Assembly: GCA_016193335.1 (NCBI GenBank)
Contig: JACPSK010000005.1
Location: 13,308-77,307, forward strand
Direction: 5' to 3'
Source of the DNA: Candidatus Magasanikiibacteriota bacterium
Lineage (GTDB): Bacteria; Patescibacteriota; Patescibacteriia; Magasanikbacterales; UBA922
Length of the DNA stretch: 64,000 nt
A program made the translations under genes and the position numbers. The notes under the pieces are model-generated. The model worked only from the letters and a program-made list of their open reading frames with translations, was not told where the DNA came from and made no database searches. Positions 17,907-29,840 of the stretch are shown piece after piece. Numbering within the stretch: position 1 is the stretch's first letter; the number at the start of each line of letters is the position of its first letter.

Positions 17907-18156
17907 AGGCCTCTCGCCCCTCCCCCACCTGCGTCTCGACTCTTCCAAGATGAACCGCAAGCACCCGAAATCATCCTAAATACGCAATTCTCTTACCTTA
18001 CAAACATCCTCCACAACAAATTTGGAGACAATTTGATAATGTAAGAGAACCAAAATTTCGTATTCAGGGGGAGGTCGGGTGCTTTTGCGTGACCGACGTC
18101 CTGTCGAGAGGACAGACAGAGCAGACAGATTTGATCGGGATTAAACAAAATGTTTT

Positions 18157-18489
18157 CTAATCTCCATCTTCGTCATCGGCTGAAGCCTCCTGCCGAGCGA
18201 TAAGAGCTGACTCAGGATCAAGGCCAGAATCTGGTATATTCTCCGTGCTTGTCCAAGCTGCGCTGTCTTTTGGCCCGAATGTGCCATATTCGCCACTCTT
18301 ATTCTTACGCCCCAAAACTTCGGGTCCGTCTCCGGTTCTCGGATTATCGCTGGTCCCTTTTAGATACTGTTCGTCTCCTTCTCCATGCATAGGAGAAAAT
18401 TTACCCATGTCCCGTACTGCGTCTCTTCCTTGAATCGAAATTTCTTCACCCATAAAATATGCTTTAATAAATAAACATGGCATCACCAA
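18157..18489 (-). CDS. hypothetical acidic protein
   Basis: ORF only; overlaps the queA start, so the true start is probably internal. Confidence 0.25.
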   Translation of the reverse strand: MVMPCLFIKAYFMGEEISIQGRDAVRDMGKFSPMHGEGDEQYLKGTSDNPRTGDGPEVLGRKNKSGEYGTFGPKDSAAWTSTENIPDSGLDPESALIARQEASADDEDGD

Positions 18490-19537
18490 AACTATAGAAT
18501 CTATAGCCTTTGTGTATTGCCTCTTGATATGAGTATAACATGTATTCCCTGTCGCCTACAAACGCGGCCACGAGCATAAGGAGCGTGGATTTGGGCAAGT
18601 GAAAATTGCTGATAAGCGCGTCTACCACCTTAAATTGAAATCCCGGTTTTATAAACAAATCAATATCTCCGTTGAAAACCTCAAAACGCTTATCAGCATA
18701 GCCCGCAAGGCTTGCTATGCCTTCGAGCGTCCTGGTTGAGGTGCTCCCAACCGCAATGACACGGCGGCCTTCTTGTTTCGCCTTATTGATTTTGTCGGCA
18801 TTCACCTGGGTTAATTCCGCCCATTCTCCATGCATGGTATGATCTTCTATACGTTCGGTTTTGACCGGCAAAAAAGTGCCAAGACCCACATGCAAAGTGA
18901 CTTCGGCAAACTCCACTCCCTGAGATTTGAGCTTCTTTATAAGTGAAGGAGTAAAATGAAATCCCGCCGTAGGCGCGGCCACTGAACCCTCTTTGTCTTT
19001 ATCAGAATAACAAGTCTGATACACTTCCAATTCATGTTTTTCATCTTTTATATACGGAGGCAAAGGCACCTGGCCGTATATATTTGCTTTGGCCCTCACT
19101 TCGGCTTCTTCATAAGGAAACTGCACGAGGATACTTCCTTCGGGTTCTTTAAGTAATACTTCGCAGTAAAAATCTTCGGCAAAAATAATACGGGAGTCTG
19201 GCCTTACATGCCTGCCCGGCTTTGCCAGTACTTTCCAGACGCCTGGATTTTCCATGGGTCGTACCAAAAAAATCTCAATCGGTTTTTTGTGTTCGCGCAG
19301 GATCTCCCCCTTTGGAGATAACAAGAAGCCGGAAAGTCGGGCCTTAAACACTCGTGAATTATTCCACACCAGTAAATCCCCGGGCCTGGTATGGCGGGTA
19401 ATATCATAAAAATGTTCGTCCTGCAGAATCTTGCGGTGCCTATCAAGGGTCATCATCCTCGAATGATCCCTGGGTTCAACCGGGCTCTGCGCGATACATT
19501 CAGGAGGCAATCGGTAATCGAAGAGTGAACTGAACAT
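18464..19537 (-). CDS. queA: S-adenosylmethionine:tRNA ribosyltransferase-isomerase
   Basis: N-terminal DYRLPPECIAQSPVEPRDHSRMM; QueA-typical length. Confidence 0.85.
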   Translation of the reverse strand: MFSSLFDYRLPPECIAQSPVEPRDHSRMMTLDRHRKILQDEHFYDITRHTRPGDLLVWNNSRVFKARLSGFLLSPKGEILREHKKPIEIFLVRPMENPGVWKVLAKPGRHVRPDSRIIFAEDFYCEVLLKEPEGSILVQFPYEEAEVRAKANIYGQVPLPPYIKDEKHELEVYQTCYSDKDKEGSVAAPTAGFHFTPSLIKKLKSQGVEFAEVTLHVGLGTFLPVKTERIEDHTMHGEWAELTQVNADKINKAKQEGRRVIAVGSTSTRTLEGIASLAGYADKRFEVFNGDIDLFIKPGFQFKVVDALISNFHLPKSTLLMLVAAFVGDREYMLYSYQEAIHKGYRFYSFGDAMFIY

Positions 19538-19552
19538 ATTCGAATAGGTATG

Positions 19553-20674
19553 TTAGCGTTTCAAAAAAAGCGCTGCGTTTTTATTGTGTTCTTCCAAAGT
19601 ACGAGCGTATTTCACTTCTCCGGTGTCAACCGTGGTTAGAAAGTACCAATACTCATTTTTCGTTGGATACAAAACGGCTCGAATAGACTCAAGACTCGGA
19701 TTGGATATAGGCCCCGGAGGCAATGAAGGATACTTGTATGTGTTCCATGAGTTTGACGAATCACGATCTTCTTTAGTGGTAAAAATATCTCCCTTCTTTC
19801 CCACGGCATAATGCACGGCGGAATCTGCTTGCAAGCCCATATGTACGTCATGGCGTCGCCAAAAAATATCAGCCGCCAGGGCTCTATCTTCCGGATTCCG
19901 TACTTCTCGTTCCACGATACTTGCCATAGTAAGGATCTCATGAAAACTGCGTTCACTCTTTTTTATATCCTGGCGCAGATCAAGATTGAGCTCATCATAA
20001 CGAGCTTTTATCAATTTCAGAACAATATCTTGAATCAAAGCATCTTTGAAAATACGATAGGTGTTTGGACTTATATATCCTTCAAAACTCAATCCAGCAG
20101 GCTTTTGAAATAGCACCGCGATATCCGAGCCCAATTCCAAGCTTGGGTTGTTTGTGTCTCCCAACAAAGCCGGGGTACCCGCGACAGCATAAAAATCTTC
20201 TCTTGTGGCTATCTTTTCTTCTTCAAAATATGAAGCTATATCCCGAAAATCCCAGCCCGGTATGATGGTTATTTCCCGCTCAAGCGTGCTCGGATGGCTC
20301 AGTTGTTCGACCACGCGTTTGAGAGTAATCGGGGAACTGAGCTCATAATTTCCTCTCGCAATCTGTGTATCCAAACCTTTGCGGCGAAGATACATCTTAA
20401 AGAGCCAGGCATGGCGTATGATGCCCTGCTCTTCCAGACGCCAAGCAAGATCGGCCGCGGTTTCGCCTTCTTTCACTTCAAAACGGACCGTAGTGTCCTC
20501 TTTCCAAGCCTCGACCGTGTAAAGTTCAGTATAAAAAAACCAAGTTCCCGCCAAAAAACAAAGGCCCAAAACTGAAATGACAAATAAAAGTACCCCTTTT
20601 TGCTTCATAGAATCAAGATAATCAAGTTCCCCTTCGGCCTTCTGACGCAATTTCGGCTTAGTTGGACTTACCAA
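19553..20674 (-). CDS. mltG: endolytic murein transglycosylase MltG (YceG-like)
   Basis: N-terminal TM; RGNYEL; C-terminal NTYKYPSLPPGPISNP signature. Confidence 0.75.
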   Translation of the reverse strand: MVSPTKPKLRQKAEGELDYLDSMKQKGVLLFVISVLGLCFLAGTWFFYTELYTVEAWKEDTTVRFEVKEGETAADLAWRLEEQGIIRHAWLFKMYLRRKGLDTQIARGNYELSSPITLKRVVEQLSHPSTLEREITIIPGWDFRDIASYFEEEKIATREDFYAVAGTPALLGDTNNPSLELGSDIAVLFQKPAGLSFEGYISPNTYRIFKDALIQDIVLKLIKARYDELNLDLRQDIKKSERSFHEILTMASIVEREVRNPEDRALAADIFWRRHDVHMGLQADSAVHYAVGKKGDIFTTKEDRDSSNSWNTYKYPSLPPGPISNPSLESIRAVLYPTKNEYWYFLTTVDTGEVKYARTLEEHNKNAALFLKR

Positions 20675-20809
20675 TATTTATCAGCGATTGTCCTCTTCAT
20701 AATATATTTTAAAAATTCTCCGGAGTCAGCCCGCTTGGCTCTCGCACTCGTCCTTAGGATTTATAAAAATATCTTATGAAGGAACAGACTTGCATTTGTC
20801 CACAAAATC

Positions 20810-21862
20810 CTATAAATACTCTTCCTTGTTCGGTTCACTCATGCTATCCAAAACAGAAGTCATATCTGAAACAGCATCTTTGTGACAAACCAAGAGAGCG
20901 TCCTTGGTATTTACGACAATCATGCCCTGAAGGCCAACAGCCACAACTATTTTCTTTTCTTCTTCATTATATATGAAAGAATCGCTAGACCGATGTTCCA
21001 GGACTTCTCCTTGTATAAGGTTTTCATTACCAGAACCGGACATGGCCTCTTTAAGCGCGTACAAAGTGCCCGGATCAGACCAGCCAAGATCTACTTTTAT
21101 AACAACAGCTTCTTCAGGCTCTATGCGCTCTATAATAGCCCGGTCAAAAGAAATAGATTCCAAGGCTTGATATGCTTTCTCCAACTTTTGTTCGTCTTTG
21201 GCCATCTCAAGCAGGGCGGCGTGCATATCTGGCATATGAAGAGCATAGAGCTCCAGCATAAAATCCAAATCAAACACAAAATATCCCGGATTCCACAGCC
21301 AGTCGCCGCTCTGAAACATTTTTTTGCATGTTTCAAGCTCGGGTTTATAACGCCATGCTCTAAAAACCCGAAATCCTTTCTCCATCTCCTCGCCGCAAGA
21401 GATCCATCCCAAATTGTGATTCGCAAAGCGAGGTTTTTCTCCCAAAAAAACAAGCTGTCTCGGATGATTTTTGATATGCTCATCAGCCTTTTTGAGCGCA
21501 GCCAAAAAAACATCCGGACGATCCATAAAATGATCTGACCACAAAAGAGCCACCCTGCCATTCAGCCCTTTTTCTTTCAGCCTAAAAAGACTCAAGGCAA
21601 CGGCCGGGGCCAAGTCTCTCCTCGTGGGTTCAGAAAAAATATGATCTTCGGGGATCTCGGGGATTTGTTTTTTTACGAGATCAATATACTTTTGATTGGT
21701 AGAGATATATATGTGTTCAGAACCGAAAGAAGCCACCCGATCAAAGGCCATTCGGAGAGTGGAACGACCATCTTTTAAAAATTCAAATTGCTTGGGAGCA
21801 TTCTTGCGGCTCAGCGGCCACAATCGAGATCCCACTCCTCCGGCAAATATAACAATATTCAT
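20810..21862 (-). CDS. mannose-1-phosphate guanylyltransferase-like nucleotidyltransferase
   Basis: MNIVIFAGGVGSRLWPLSRKNAPKQF G-rich sugar-nucleotidyltransferase motif. Confidence 0.6.
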   Translation of the reverse strand: MNIVIFAGGVGSRLWPLSRKNAPKQFEFLKDGRSTLRMAFDRVASFGSEHIYISTNQKYIDLVKKQIPEIPEDHIFSEPTRRDLAPAVALSLFRLKEKGLNGRVALLWSDHFMDRPDVFLAALKKADEHIKNHPRQLVFLGEKPRFANHNLGWISCGEEMEKGFRVFRAWRYKPELETCKKMFQSGDWLWNPGYFVFDLDFMLELYALHMPDMHAALLEMAKDEQKLEKAYQALESISFDRAIIERIEPEEAVVIKVDLGWSDPGTLYALKEAMSGSGNENLIQGEVLEHRSSDSFIYNEEEKKIVVAVGLQGMIVVNTKDALLVCHKDAVSDMTSVLDSMSEPNKEEYL

Positions 21863-21882
21863 ATATACGATATTCCAAAAAT

Positions 21883-22479
21883 TCAATTAAAAAAAACATT
21901 AAACGCCGGATACAGCCAGGGAGAGAGCAAAAAACAAATAACCGCAGTGAATATGCCACCAAGAATATCCCTGGGGTAATGAACCCCCACATAAACACGG
22001 GACAGAGAAATTAAAATAGCCAAAACAAAAGCAATTATAGGTATACCCAATCTAGCACTGTAAGTCCAAATAGTAAATGCCAAAACAAAAGAAAGAGCCG
22101 TATGATCCGAAGGGAAAGATTTCCAGGTCTGCCAGGTCCTGCACAATTGTTTTGAATGCGGAAATTCTATAATCGGCCTCTCGTGCTTCCATGCCAAACC
22201 AAACGAAAAATTCAAAGCCAGTACGCTCATAAGACCGGTGATCAAAAATCCAAAAAACGCGTAGACATTAATGGAAGGAAGAAGCGAACCGGGAGATAAA
22301 AAAAATAAAGACAAACCAAAAAGAAAGACAATAAGCCAACGAGCGCAAAAAGTCATAAAAGCGTCCAAGACTCTGTTGCGCCCCAAGCGAACGTTTATCT
22401 TTAAAAAAAGTTTTTTGCTCCAAGAGTAATTTGCCATATATAAGCCACAAAAAAAAGAGCCTACGCGCCTTTTATCCAT
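21883..22479 (-). CDS. PAP2-family phosphatase (membrane)
   Basis: SDHTALSF ... SRVYVGVHYPRDILGG PAP2 motifs. Confidence 0.6.
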   Translation of the reverse strand: MDKRRVGSFFCGLYMANYSWSKKLFLKINVRLGRNRVLDAFMTFCARWLIVFLFGLSLFFLSPGSLLPSINVYAFFGFLITGLMSVLALNFSFGLAWKHERPIIEFPHSKQLCRTWQTWKSFPSDHTALSFVLAFTIWTYSARLGIPIIAFVLAILISLSRVYVGVHYPRDILGGIFTAVICFLLSPWLYPAFNVFFN

Positions 22480-23558
22480 TTCAGATAAGCTTCCACGAAA
22501 GCGTCCAGATTGCCATCCAAAATGTCTTCAGGCTGGTTGCTTTCAAATTTCGTTCTCAGATCCTTAACCATTTTGTACGGGTGCAAAACATAAGATCTAA
22601 TCTGGTTCCCCCACTCCGGACTTTTGTATTCACCGCGCAGTTTCTGCTTTTCTTCTTCTTCTTTTGCTTCCTGTATTTGCTGCAATTTTGAATGGAGAAT
22701 TTTCAAAGCCGTTTCTCTATTCTGAAGCTGAGAACGCTCATTCTGACATTGGACCGTAATACCTGTGGGAATATGCACAATTCTCACAGCAGAATATGTG
22801 GTATTCACGCTCTGGCCTCCTGCTCCGCCAGACATAAAGGTATCTATCCTCAATTCTTTGGGATCTATAGAAATTTCTTTGTCTGATTCCACTTCTGGTA
22901 TCACCTCAATGAGAGCGAAAGATGTGTGCCGCATGGATTCAGCGTCAAAAGGAGAAATCCGCACGAGCCTATGAGTGCCATGTTCTGATTTGAGCAAACC
23001 GTAGGCATATCTGCCTTCTATTCGAAGCACCGAAGATTTTATGCCGGCTTCTTGACCTCGAGATTCATCAAGTATTGTGATGCCCCATCCTTTCTTTTCA
23101 GCGTATCTCATGATCATTCTTCGGAGCATCTCAGCCCAATCTTGAGCCTCGGTGCCCCCACTGCCGCTATGTATGGTCACGATCGCGTTTTTGGTATCAT
23201 GCTTGCCGTTCAGCAAAACAAAAAATTCCAATTTCTGAAATTCTTTCTCCAATTGCCCGATCCGCTGAGAGAGATCCTCGGCCAGAGCTTCATCAGGGTT
23301 AGATTCAAGCTGATGGCAAAAATCCAAAAGCTCTTCCACCTCGGCGCGCAAATGTTGCCACTCTTCCACTTCAGAGCGTAGCTGTTCATGTCTTTTGCCC
23401 ACTGCTTTTGCGTGAATTTGATCCTGCCAAAACTCAGGGACTTGCATTTCTTTCTCTAAAACATGCATTTCGGCAAGCATAGTGTCGAGGCCGAGCAAGA
23501 CCCAGGTATCCTGAACTTTTTGTTTCAAAAGGCTCAATTTTTCGACGTGTTCTTTCAT
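22461..23558 (-). CDS. prfB: peptide chain release factor 2, encoded in a single frame
   Basis: SPF tripeptide and the GGQ motif (GGAGGQSVNTT); 365 aa with no internal frameshift. Confidence 0.85.
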   Translation of the reverse strand: MKEHVEKLSLLKQKVQDTWVLLGLDTMLAEMHVLEKEMQVPEFWQDQIHAKAVGKRHEQLRSEVEEWQHLRAEVEELLDFCHQLESNPDEALAEDLSQRIGQLEKEFQKLEFFVLLNGKHDTKNAIVTIHSGSGGTEAQDWAEMLRRMIMRYAEKKGWGITILDESRGQEAGIKSSVLRIEGRYAYGLLKSEHGTHRLVRISPFDAESMRHTSFALIEVIPEVESDKEISIDPKELRIDTFMSGGAGGQSVNTTYSAVRIVHIPTGITVQCQNERSQLQNRETALKILHSKLQQIQEAKEEEEKQKLRGEYKSPEWGNQIRSYVLHPYKMVKDLRTKFESNQPEDILDGNLDAFVEAYLKWIKGA

Positions 23559-23744
23559 AAAATATTATTTTGGGATCTGTGCCTCTCCTTTAATCTTTTT
23601 TGAGATGGGCTCTAGAGGAAACATAGAGGCGGCGAACCGGTTTCATCCGGATTGAAAGTTCTTATATGTTACGATAGCTCATGATATAAATCAATATCTT
23701 GGCGAGACAAAAATGGCAAATAAACGCCGGCAAAACCGAGAATA

Positions 23745-23780
23745 CAAAAAGGCCGCGCTCGCGCGGCCTTACATGATTTT
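23745..23780 (-). terminator. rho-independent terminator after groEL
   Basis: ggccgcgctcgcgcggcc hairpin with a T-run on the minus strand. Confidence 0.45.
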
Positions 23781-23796
23781 ACGTGCTTTCAGTTTC

Positions 23797-25440
<1,644 letters not shown>

Positions 25441-25475
25441 TTAATAGTAATAAAACAATTCCGCGTTGAAAATAA

Positions 25476-25766
25476 TTACGCAAGAATCGCCAAAATATCG
25501 TCTTGGGATAAAATTTTGTATTCTTTGTCTCCCAATTTCACTTCGTCTCCGCCCCAACTTTTGAACAAAACTTTCTGCCCCACTTTTACATCCATGGGAG
25601 CTCGAGCGCCGGACTCAAGCATTTTCCCCGGTCCCACGGCCAAAACCTCTCCCTCGGTTTTCTTTTCTTTGTCAACCGTGTCTGGAAGCACAATGCCGGA
25701 AGCGGTTACTTCCTCTTCCTTAAGCTGTTTTATTACAACGCGGTCTCCAAGTGGTTGTATATTCAT
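25476..25766 (-). CDS. groS: co-chaperonin GroES
   Basis: 96 aa; characteristic GroES sequence. Confidence 0.9.
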   Translation of the reverse strand: MNIQPLGDRVVIKQLKEEEVTASGIVLPDTVDKEKKTEGEVLAVGPGKMLESGARAPMDVKVGQKVLFKSWGGDEVKLGDKEYKILSQDDILAILA

Positions 25767-25798
25767 AACTCAAACTTATGTTAAAAATGAATCAGACA

Positions 25799-25825
25799 TT
25801 ATCACTCTCATACTTAGAGTGATAA
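25799..25825. promoter_or_regulatory. CIRCE-like HrcA operator upstream of groES
   Basis: TTATCACTC-N9-GAGTGATAA against the consensus TTAGCACTC-N9-GAGTGCTAA. Confidence 0.55.
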
Positions 25826-26260
25826 TAGCAAGGACTATAATACAAAAATTAAAAATACTTGTCAAGCCCCCCTGCAAACCCCTTATCCTTTGCCTTTATT
25901 CCTCTAAAAATAGAGCCTAAAAAATACTTAAAAAAGACTCCGCAAACAAAAAACCTGTTATAGGTGGGAAGCTCGATGTGACGTCCATTATGTAAGTCCG
26001 TGATGCCTGTCAGTAACACGAACTAGAATGGCGTACACTCCGCGCATACCACCTATAACAGGTCTTTATTATCCTTATAGTAAACCACACTATAAAAGCG
26101 AGGTCAACTAGTCCAAAACCAGCAAAAATGAGGCCCTGTGCACAAAAGGTGGATGTTTTGTGGACAGATACACTTCTCCCAGCGCGCGACATTAGTTTTA
26201 GAAAGCCGAGGCTAAACGCGAAAGCGAAATGGATTGACTCAGTGAGATTTTGGAAATATA

Positions 26261-27631
26261 TTATGAAAGGATAGGCTTAGACAGAAAAAGCCTGGTTGCA
26301 ATGCCAATATACAAAACGAGCAATATGGTCCCCGGATACAAACTCAAAACCTGATGATCCAATAAAAGAAAAGGAAGAGGGGGCGCAAAAATCAAAAGTT
26401 TTTTAAAATAAATACGCTTTGAAGAAGGATCTGATGACCGCAAAAAAAACAGATAAGAAAGACAAGCTATGCTCGCGAGCCCGAATCCCAATAAGCCAAA
26501 TTCCACCAATGCTAAAAGCAAGACATTATGCGCCGGCTGTAAACGCCAGGCCTCAATATGAGAAATCTCGTCCTTGTTCAGTGAAACATATAGAGCTTGG
26601 GTGTAATTTCCGGCTCCCTGTCCCAAAACAGATTTCTGAAAAAATAAAAGCTTTGCTTGTTCATACTCAGAAAGGCGTTCTTCTATGGATTGAATTTCAT
26701 GAGGGGCGTTAAATCCGAAACGGACACGAACCAAAGGAAAAGCGGACCACAGCAACAATAAAACAAAAGAAAGAGAGGCGAAACACAGCATTTTTGCGCG
26801 TACTGATTCTATATTAAAATTAAAAAAACGGTGGAAATACAGTACAAAAAGCCAGAGTACAAAAGCCAGCCAAGCCGACCGGCTAAAAGTGAAAAACAAG
26901 GCCATGATTTGAAGGGAGACCACTGAAAAAAGAAGACTGTTTGCCAAAAGAGACTTTTTTGAATTCACATACAAAAGAGTGGACGCCATCAATGACAAAA
27001 ATAGATAAAACCCAAATGTATTGGGATGACCAAAACTTCCATAAGCGCGAAGCCAGCGCCCCACGAGATCGGCAGAGAGAATAGAAGTTCCCGGTTCAGA
27101 AGCGAGATGTTCCGTGAGTCCCAATAGCGAAGAACCCCAGGTAGTTTGGAACAAAAATTGCGCCAAGCCCAGGAGAGCCGGCAAAAAACTTCCGTACATA
27201 AGCCAGCGCAAAAGACTCTTAAAATCAAAGGAGCTGAAAAAAACGGCCATAAAAAACAAAAAACTCGCGAGCAGACGCAAGGACTGCTGAAAGGCGATAT
27301 CAGAATCCTTTGCCCAAAAAGCGGACATGAAAGCATAAACAAGGAACAAAAAAACGGAAAATACAAAAAATCTGTCCGGGCTAAAATCCAAAGAGATTGT
27401 TGATTCCTTCTTTTTCATCTCCTTGAGATACCAGAACATAAAGAACACAATCGAAAGCCACAGCAAGGCTTCAGAAAGAAAAAACTGCAAAGTTGCGTGT
27501 TGCCATTTGACTCCGTCTACAAAAATTTCTCTCTGTATCCATACGGTCTGCCATGGCAAAAAAAATAAAAAAACTTTGACGGAGAAAGAAAGAAAGTAGT
27601 CCACCGCACGTTGTTTCTTTGATATCCACAT
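26261..27631 (-). CDS. O-antigen ligase/polymerase-like polytopic membrane protein
   Basis: more than 10 predicted TM segments; FSRSAWLAFVL-type Wzy_C-like region; weak call. Confidence 0.35.
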   Translation of the reverse strand: MWISKKQRAVDYFLSFSVKVFLFFLPWQTVWIQREIFVDGVKWQHATLQFFLSEALLWLSIVFFMFWYLKEMKKKESTISLDFSPDRFFVFSVFLFLVYAFMSAFWAKDSDIAFQQSLRLLASFLFFMAVFFSSFDFKSLLRWLMYGSFLPALLGLAQFLFQTTWGSSLLGLTEHLASEPGTSILSADLVGRWLRAYGSFGHPNTFGFYLFLSLMASTLLYVNSKKSLLANSLLFSVVSLQIMALFFTFSRSAWLAFVLWLFVLYFHRFFNFNIESVRAKMLCFASLSFVLLLLWSAFPLVRVRFGFNAPHEIQSIEERLSEYEQAKLLFFQKSVLGQGAGNYTQALYVSLNKDEISHIEAWRLQPAHNVLLLALVEFGLLGFGLASIACLSYLFFLRSSDPSSKRIYFKKLLIFAPPLPFLLLDHQVLSLYPGTILLVLYIGIATRLFLSKPILS

Positions 27632-27665
27632 ACAAGTTCCAGATCTTGTTTATACGGTATTTCAC

Positions 27666-28613
27666 TCAAACTCCCAAAGCCCCGCATCTGGCCTCCCAGG
27701 CGGATTTAAATTGCGCGCGTCTGTCATTTTCGTGGAATTTAAGCCGTGAATCATTAATAACGACGCGGGTGTCCGGTTCATTCTGTACGCTATTCGTGTT
27801 GCGTGACATCTTGGCTCTTTGCAAAGAACGAGCTTGGTCTTCCAAAAAATTCCCATACTTCCCTTCCCACATCACTTCAAAAAAATGCCTTGCTCTCTTT
27901 TGCGCCTTTGCCTCTGGCACAATCCATCCTGGCGCCACTCTATAACCAAAAGATGCCTGAGACAGATACTTTTTGATCCAGACATTTGCATCCATAATCT
28001 GAGAATAGACCTGAGACGGATCATACACAGGCAAGAGCCGAGCGAGCCAGTACACCAAATATATGTCCGCTTCTTCCAAAACCAAATCTGAGATGTCGAG
28101 GGCATTGTCGGTCACATAAAAACTCAAACACAATTTATCCTGTATCTTGGTTTTACCTCGTCTCAATCCAAAAAGCGATAAAATACAGCTAACCAAAAAC
28201 CGGCTGATCCAAAGTCTGCCTGCTTTCGTGACTATAAATACATCTATGTCGCTGTCTTTCTTGGGCCAAGCAAAAGCCAGGGTATTGCATACAAAAACAG
28301 CCCTTACAAAAGGAACCCAACGAAGTTTGCGAATCCCTTTCCGAGCGATTTCCATCTTTTTTTCAAGAAGCCAAATCTTTTGCTGACGTATATGAACGAT
28401 AGCCCCGCGTCCCGGCAAAACGACATACCCGGAAACCAGCTCCAATTCGCCATTCTGTTTGAGGCTGTCAAGAAATTTCAAAAAATCACGCTCAACAATA
28501 AAATCCTCATAAGACCACAACCATGTATGCAACTCTTGAGAAGTGAGCGGGTAATCGAATATATCAAAAAATGCCAAAGTCTTTAAAATAGAAACTCGTA
28601 ACGGCTCATTCAT
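27666..28613 (-). CDS. hypothetical protein (possible nucleotidyltransferase-like SDIDVFIV motif)
   Basis: ORF only. Confidence 0.25.
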   Translation of the reverse strand: MNEPLRVSILKTLAFFDIFDYPLTSQELHTWLWSYEDFIVERDFLKFLDSLKQNGELELVSGYVVLPGRGAIVHIRQQKIWLLEKKMEIARKGIRKLRWVPFVRAVFVCNTLAFAWPKKDSDIDVFIVTKAGRLWISRFLVSCILSLFGLRRGKTKIQDKLCLSFYVTDNALDISDLVLEEADIYLVYWLARLLPVYDPSQVYSQIMDANVWIKKYLSQASFGYRVAPGWIVPEAKAQKRARHFFEVMWEGKYGNFLEDQARSLQRAKMSRNTNSVQNEPDTRVVINDSRLKFHENDRRAQFKSAWEARCGALGV

Positions 28614-28799
28614 ATATGTTTTAGTGTAGCTTATCGTCAGAGGAATGTAAAAACCCCTATTCGGGGTTCAAAAATTCCGGAATGCATCAAGCAATAACCA
28701 CCATTAAATGGGTGCCCCACAGCCCACAGACTATTGTTTCAAAGTCTGAGCAGAGGCCAAAAGCTTAGGATGCCCTTTGGTGTTTGTATATACACCGAA

Positions 28800-29090
28800 T
28801 TACTCAACTTCCGTTATAGAGACCGGTTCAGCGCGATTGGGAGATTTTTCTTCGGTAACCTGCCTCGACGCGGCCAGGCTGTCTTCCACCGTTATTTGAG
28901 TCTCAGATATTGAAAGCACCTGATTTCGATGAATGAGATATTCACGAGACGCCAAGCGACGAGAACGAACAATATACTGCACAATGGAATGATCCGAAGA
29001 ATCCACAACAAAATCTCGCACCTTACCCAAATAGATGCCAGATTGTGTTCTGACCTGTAACCGCTTAAGTTGTGCGAGAGATACACGCAT
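28800..29090 (-). CDS. small PRC-barrel-like protein
   Basis: weak pattern similarity. Confidence 0.25.
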   Translation of the reverse strand: MRVSLAQLKRLQVRTQSGIYLGKVRDFVVDSSDHSIVQYIVRSRRLASREYLIHRNQVLSISETQITVEDSLAASRQVTEEKSPNRAEPVSITEVE

Positions 29091-29096
29091 GGACCT

Positions 29097-29840
29097 TTAT
29101 GATACAAGCTCACCTTCTACCGCAGATGAGTCTGATTTTTTCTTTTTAAACAAAACCATCTGTTGCAAACCAGTCAAGAGAGTAGACAAAAACCAATAGA
29201 GAGACAAACCGGCCGGAAATTGCAAACCAATGATAACAGTCAAAAAGGGCATCATATAGAGCATCTGCTTGTTCATCATAGCGGCCATGCCCTCATCTTT
29301 GGCCCCGGTCCCCGCTTCTTTGGGCGGCTTCTTGTGTGAAAACATTTTTGCCTGCCAAAATTGGGCGGCTCCCGCCAAAATGGCGAGCACAATGCTTCTC
29401 TTGCCCAAATCAACTAAGCCAAGAGAAATGGGATTGATCGAGCCGGGGTTTGACACAAAAGGGTAGAGAGCATCAAAATTGTTTGAAGTGATACCTGAGC
29501 GCAACACATAAAACAAGGCCAAAAAAATCGGCAGCTGCACCAAAATGGGGAGACAAGAACCCAAAGGATTTACTTTATGCTCTTTGTATAATTTCATGGT
29601 CTCCTGGGCCAAACGCTGTTGATCATTTTTATAGGTGACCTTGAGCGCGTTCAATTTTGGCTGCAATTCGGTAAGAGATTTTTGAGCCTTTATGGAAGAG
29701 GAAGTAAGCGGATACAAGACTACTTTTATAAAAATGGTCAAAACAACAATAACAACTCCCAAATCAGGAATGATGTTGTACAGGCCGACAAATATATTGA
29801 AAATGGGATCGTAGAGCAAAGCTTGAAAAAAAGCGCGCAT
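29097..29840 (-). CDS. yidC: membrane protein insertase YidC (short form)
   Basis: YKEHKVNPLGSCLPILVQLPIFLALF core motif. Confidence 0.8.
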   Translation of the reverse strand: MRAFFQALLYDPIFNIFVGLYNIIPDLGVVIVVLTIFIKVVLYPLTSSSIKAQKSLTELQPKLNALKVTYKNDQQRLAQETMKLYKEHKVNPLGSCLPILVQLPIFLALFYVLRSGITSNNFDALYPFVSNPGSINPISLGLVDLGKRSIVLAILAGAAQFWQAKMFSHKKPPKEAGTGAKDEGMAAMMNKQMLYMMPFLTVIIGLQFPAGLSLYWFLSTLLTGLQQMVLFKKKKSDSSAVEGELVS

